A stretch of DNA of 40,325 nucleotides from Cercozoa sp. M6MM (lineage: Eukaryota > Protista > Endomyxa: Ascetosporea), in NCBI GenBank assembly GCA_040357565.1, contig JBDODJ010000103.1; one strand, given 5' to 3'. Under the pieces are notes generated by a model, which did not search any database, had not been told where the DNA came from, and saw nothing but the letters and a program-made list of their open reading frames with translations. Below, one piece after another: positions 40,221 to 40,325 of this stretch. Made by a program: the position numbers and the translations under genes. Every line of letters begins with the position of its first letter. The stretch's first letter is position 1.

Positions 40221-40325
<105 letters not shown>

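Overview
This is eukaryotic nuclear DNA from a compact, extremely intron-rich genome, probably a protist (taxon not determinable from sequence alone). It is a draft scaffold with N gaps. The ORF track mostly shows exon fragments and antisense shadows, so genes were reconstructed by hand by joining exons across short (~50-80 nt) canonical GT-AG introns using the standard code. About 18 protein genes are present. The recognisable ones are a Ubc6/UBE2J-type E2, ISD11/LYRM4, a cdc2-like CDK, two adjacent bHLH-zipper factors (one also carrying a WW domain and an HxRxxS motif), a secreted PqaA/AprA-family hydrolase, VPS26, a dCTP deaminase, a sarcosine/pipecolate-oxidase-family flavoenzyme with a PTS2, a Cir_N-domain protein, and a membrane two-domain class III nucleotidyl cyclase with inverted catalytic halves. 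The most notable unexplained signals are: (1) a ~265-nt multi-helix structured element ending in T6, between two convergent genes (candidate ncRNA); (2) the bHLH-ZIP-WW architecture; (3) a family of introns carrying a TTTACCCC/CCCCTTA motif just downstream of the donor site. All gene models are manual and unverified by transcripts.
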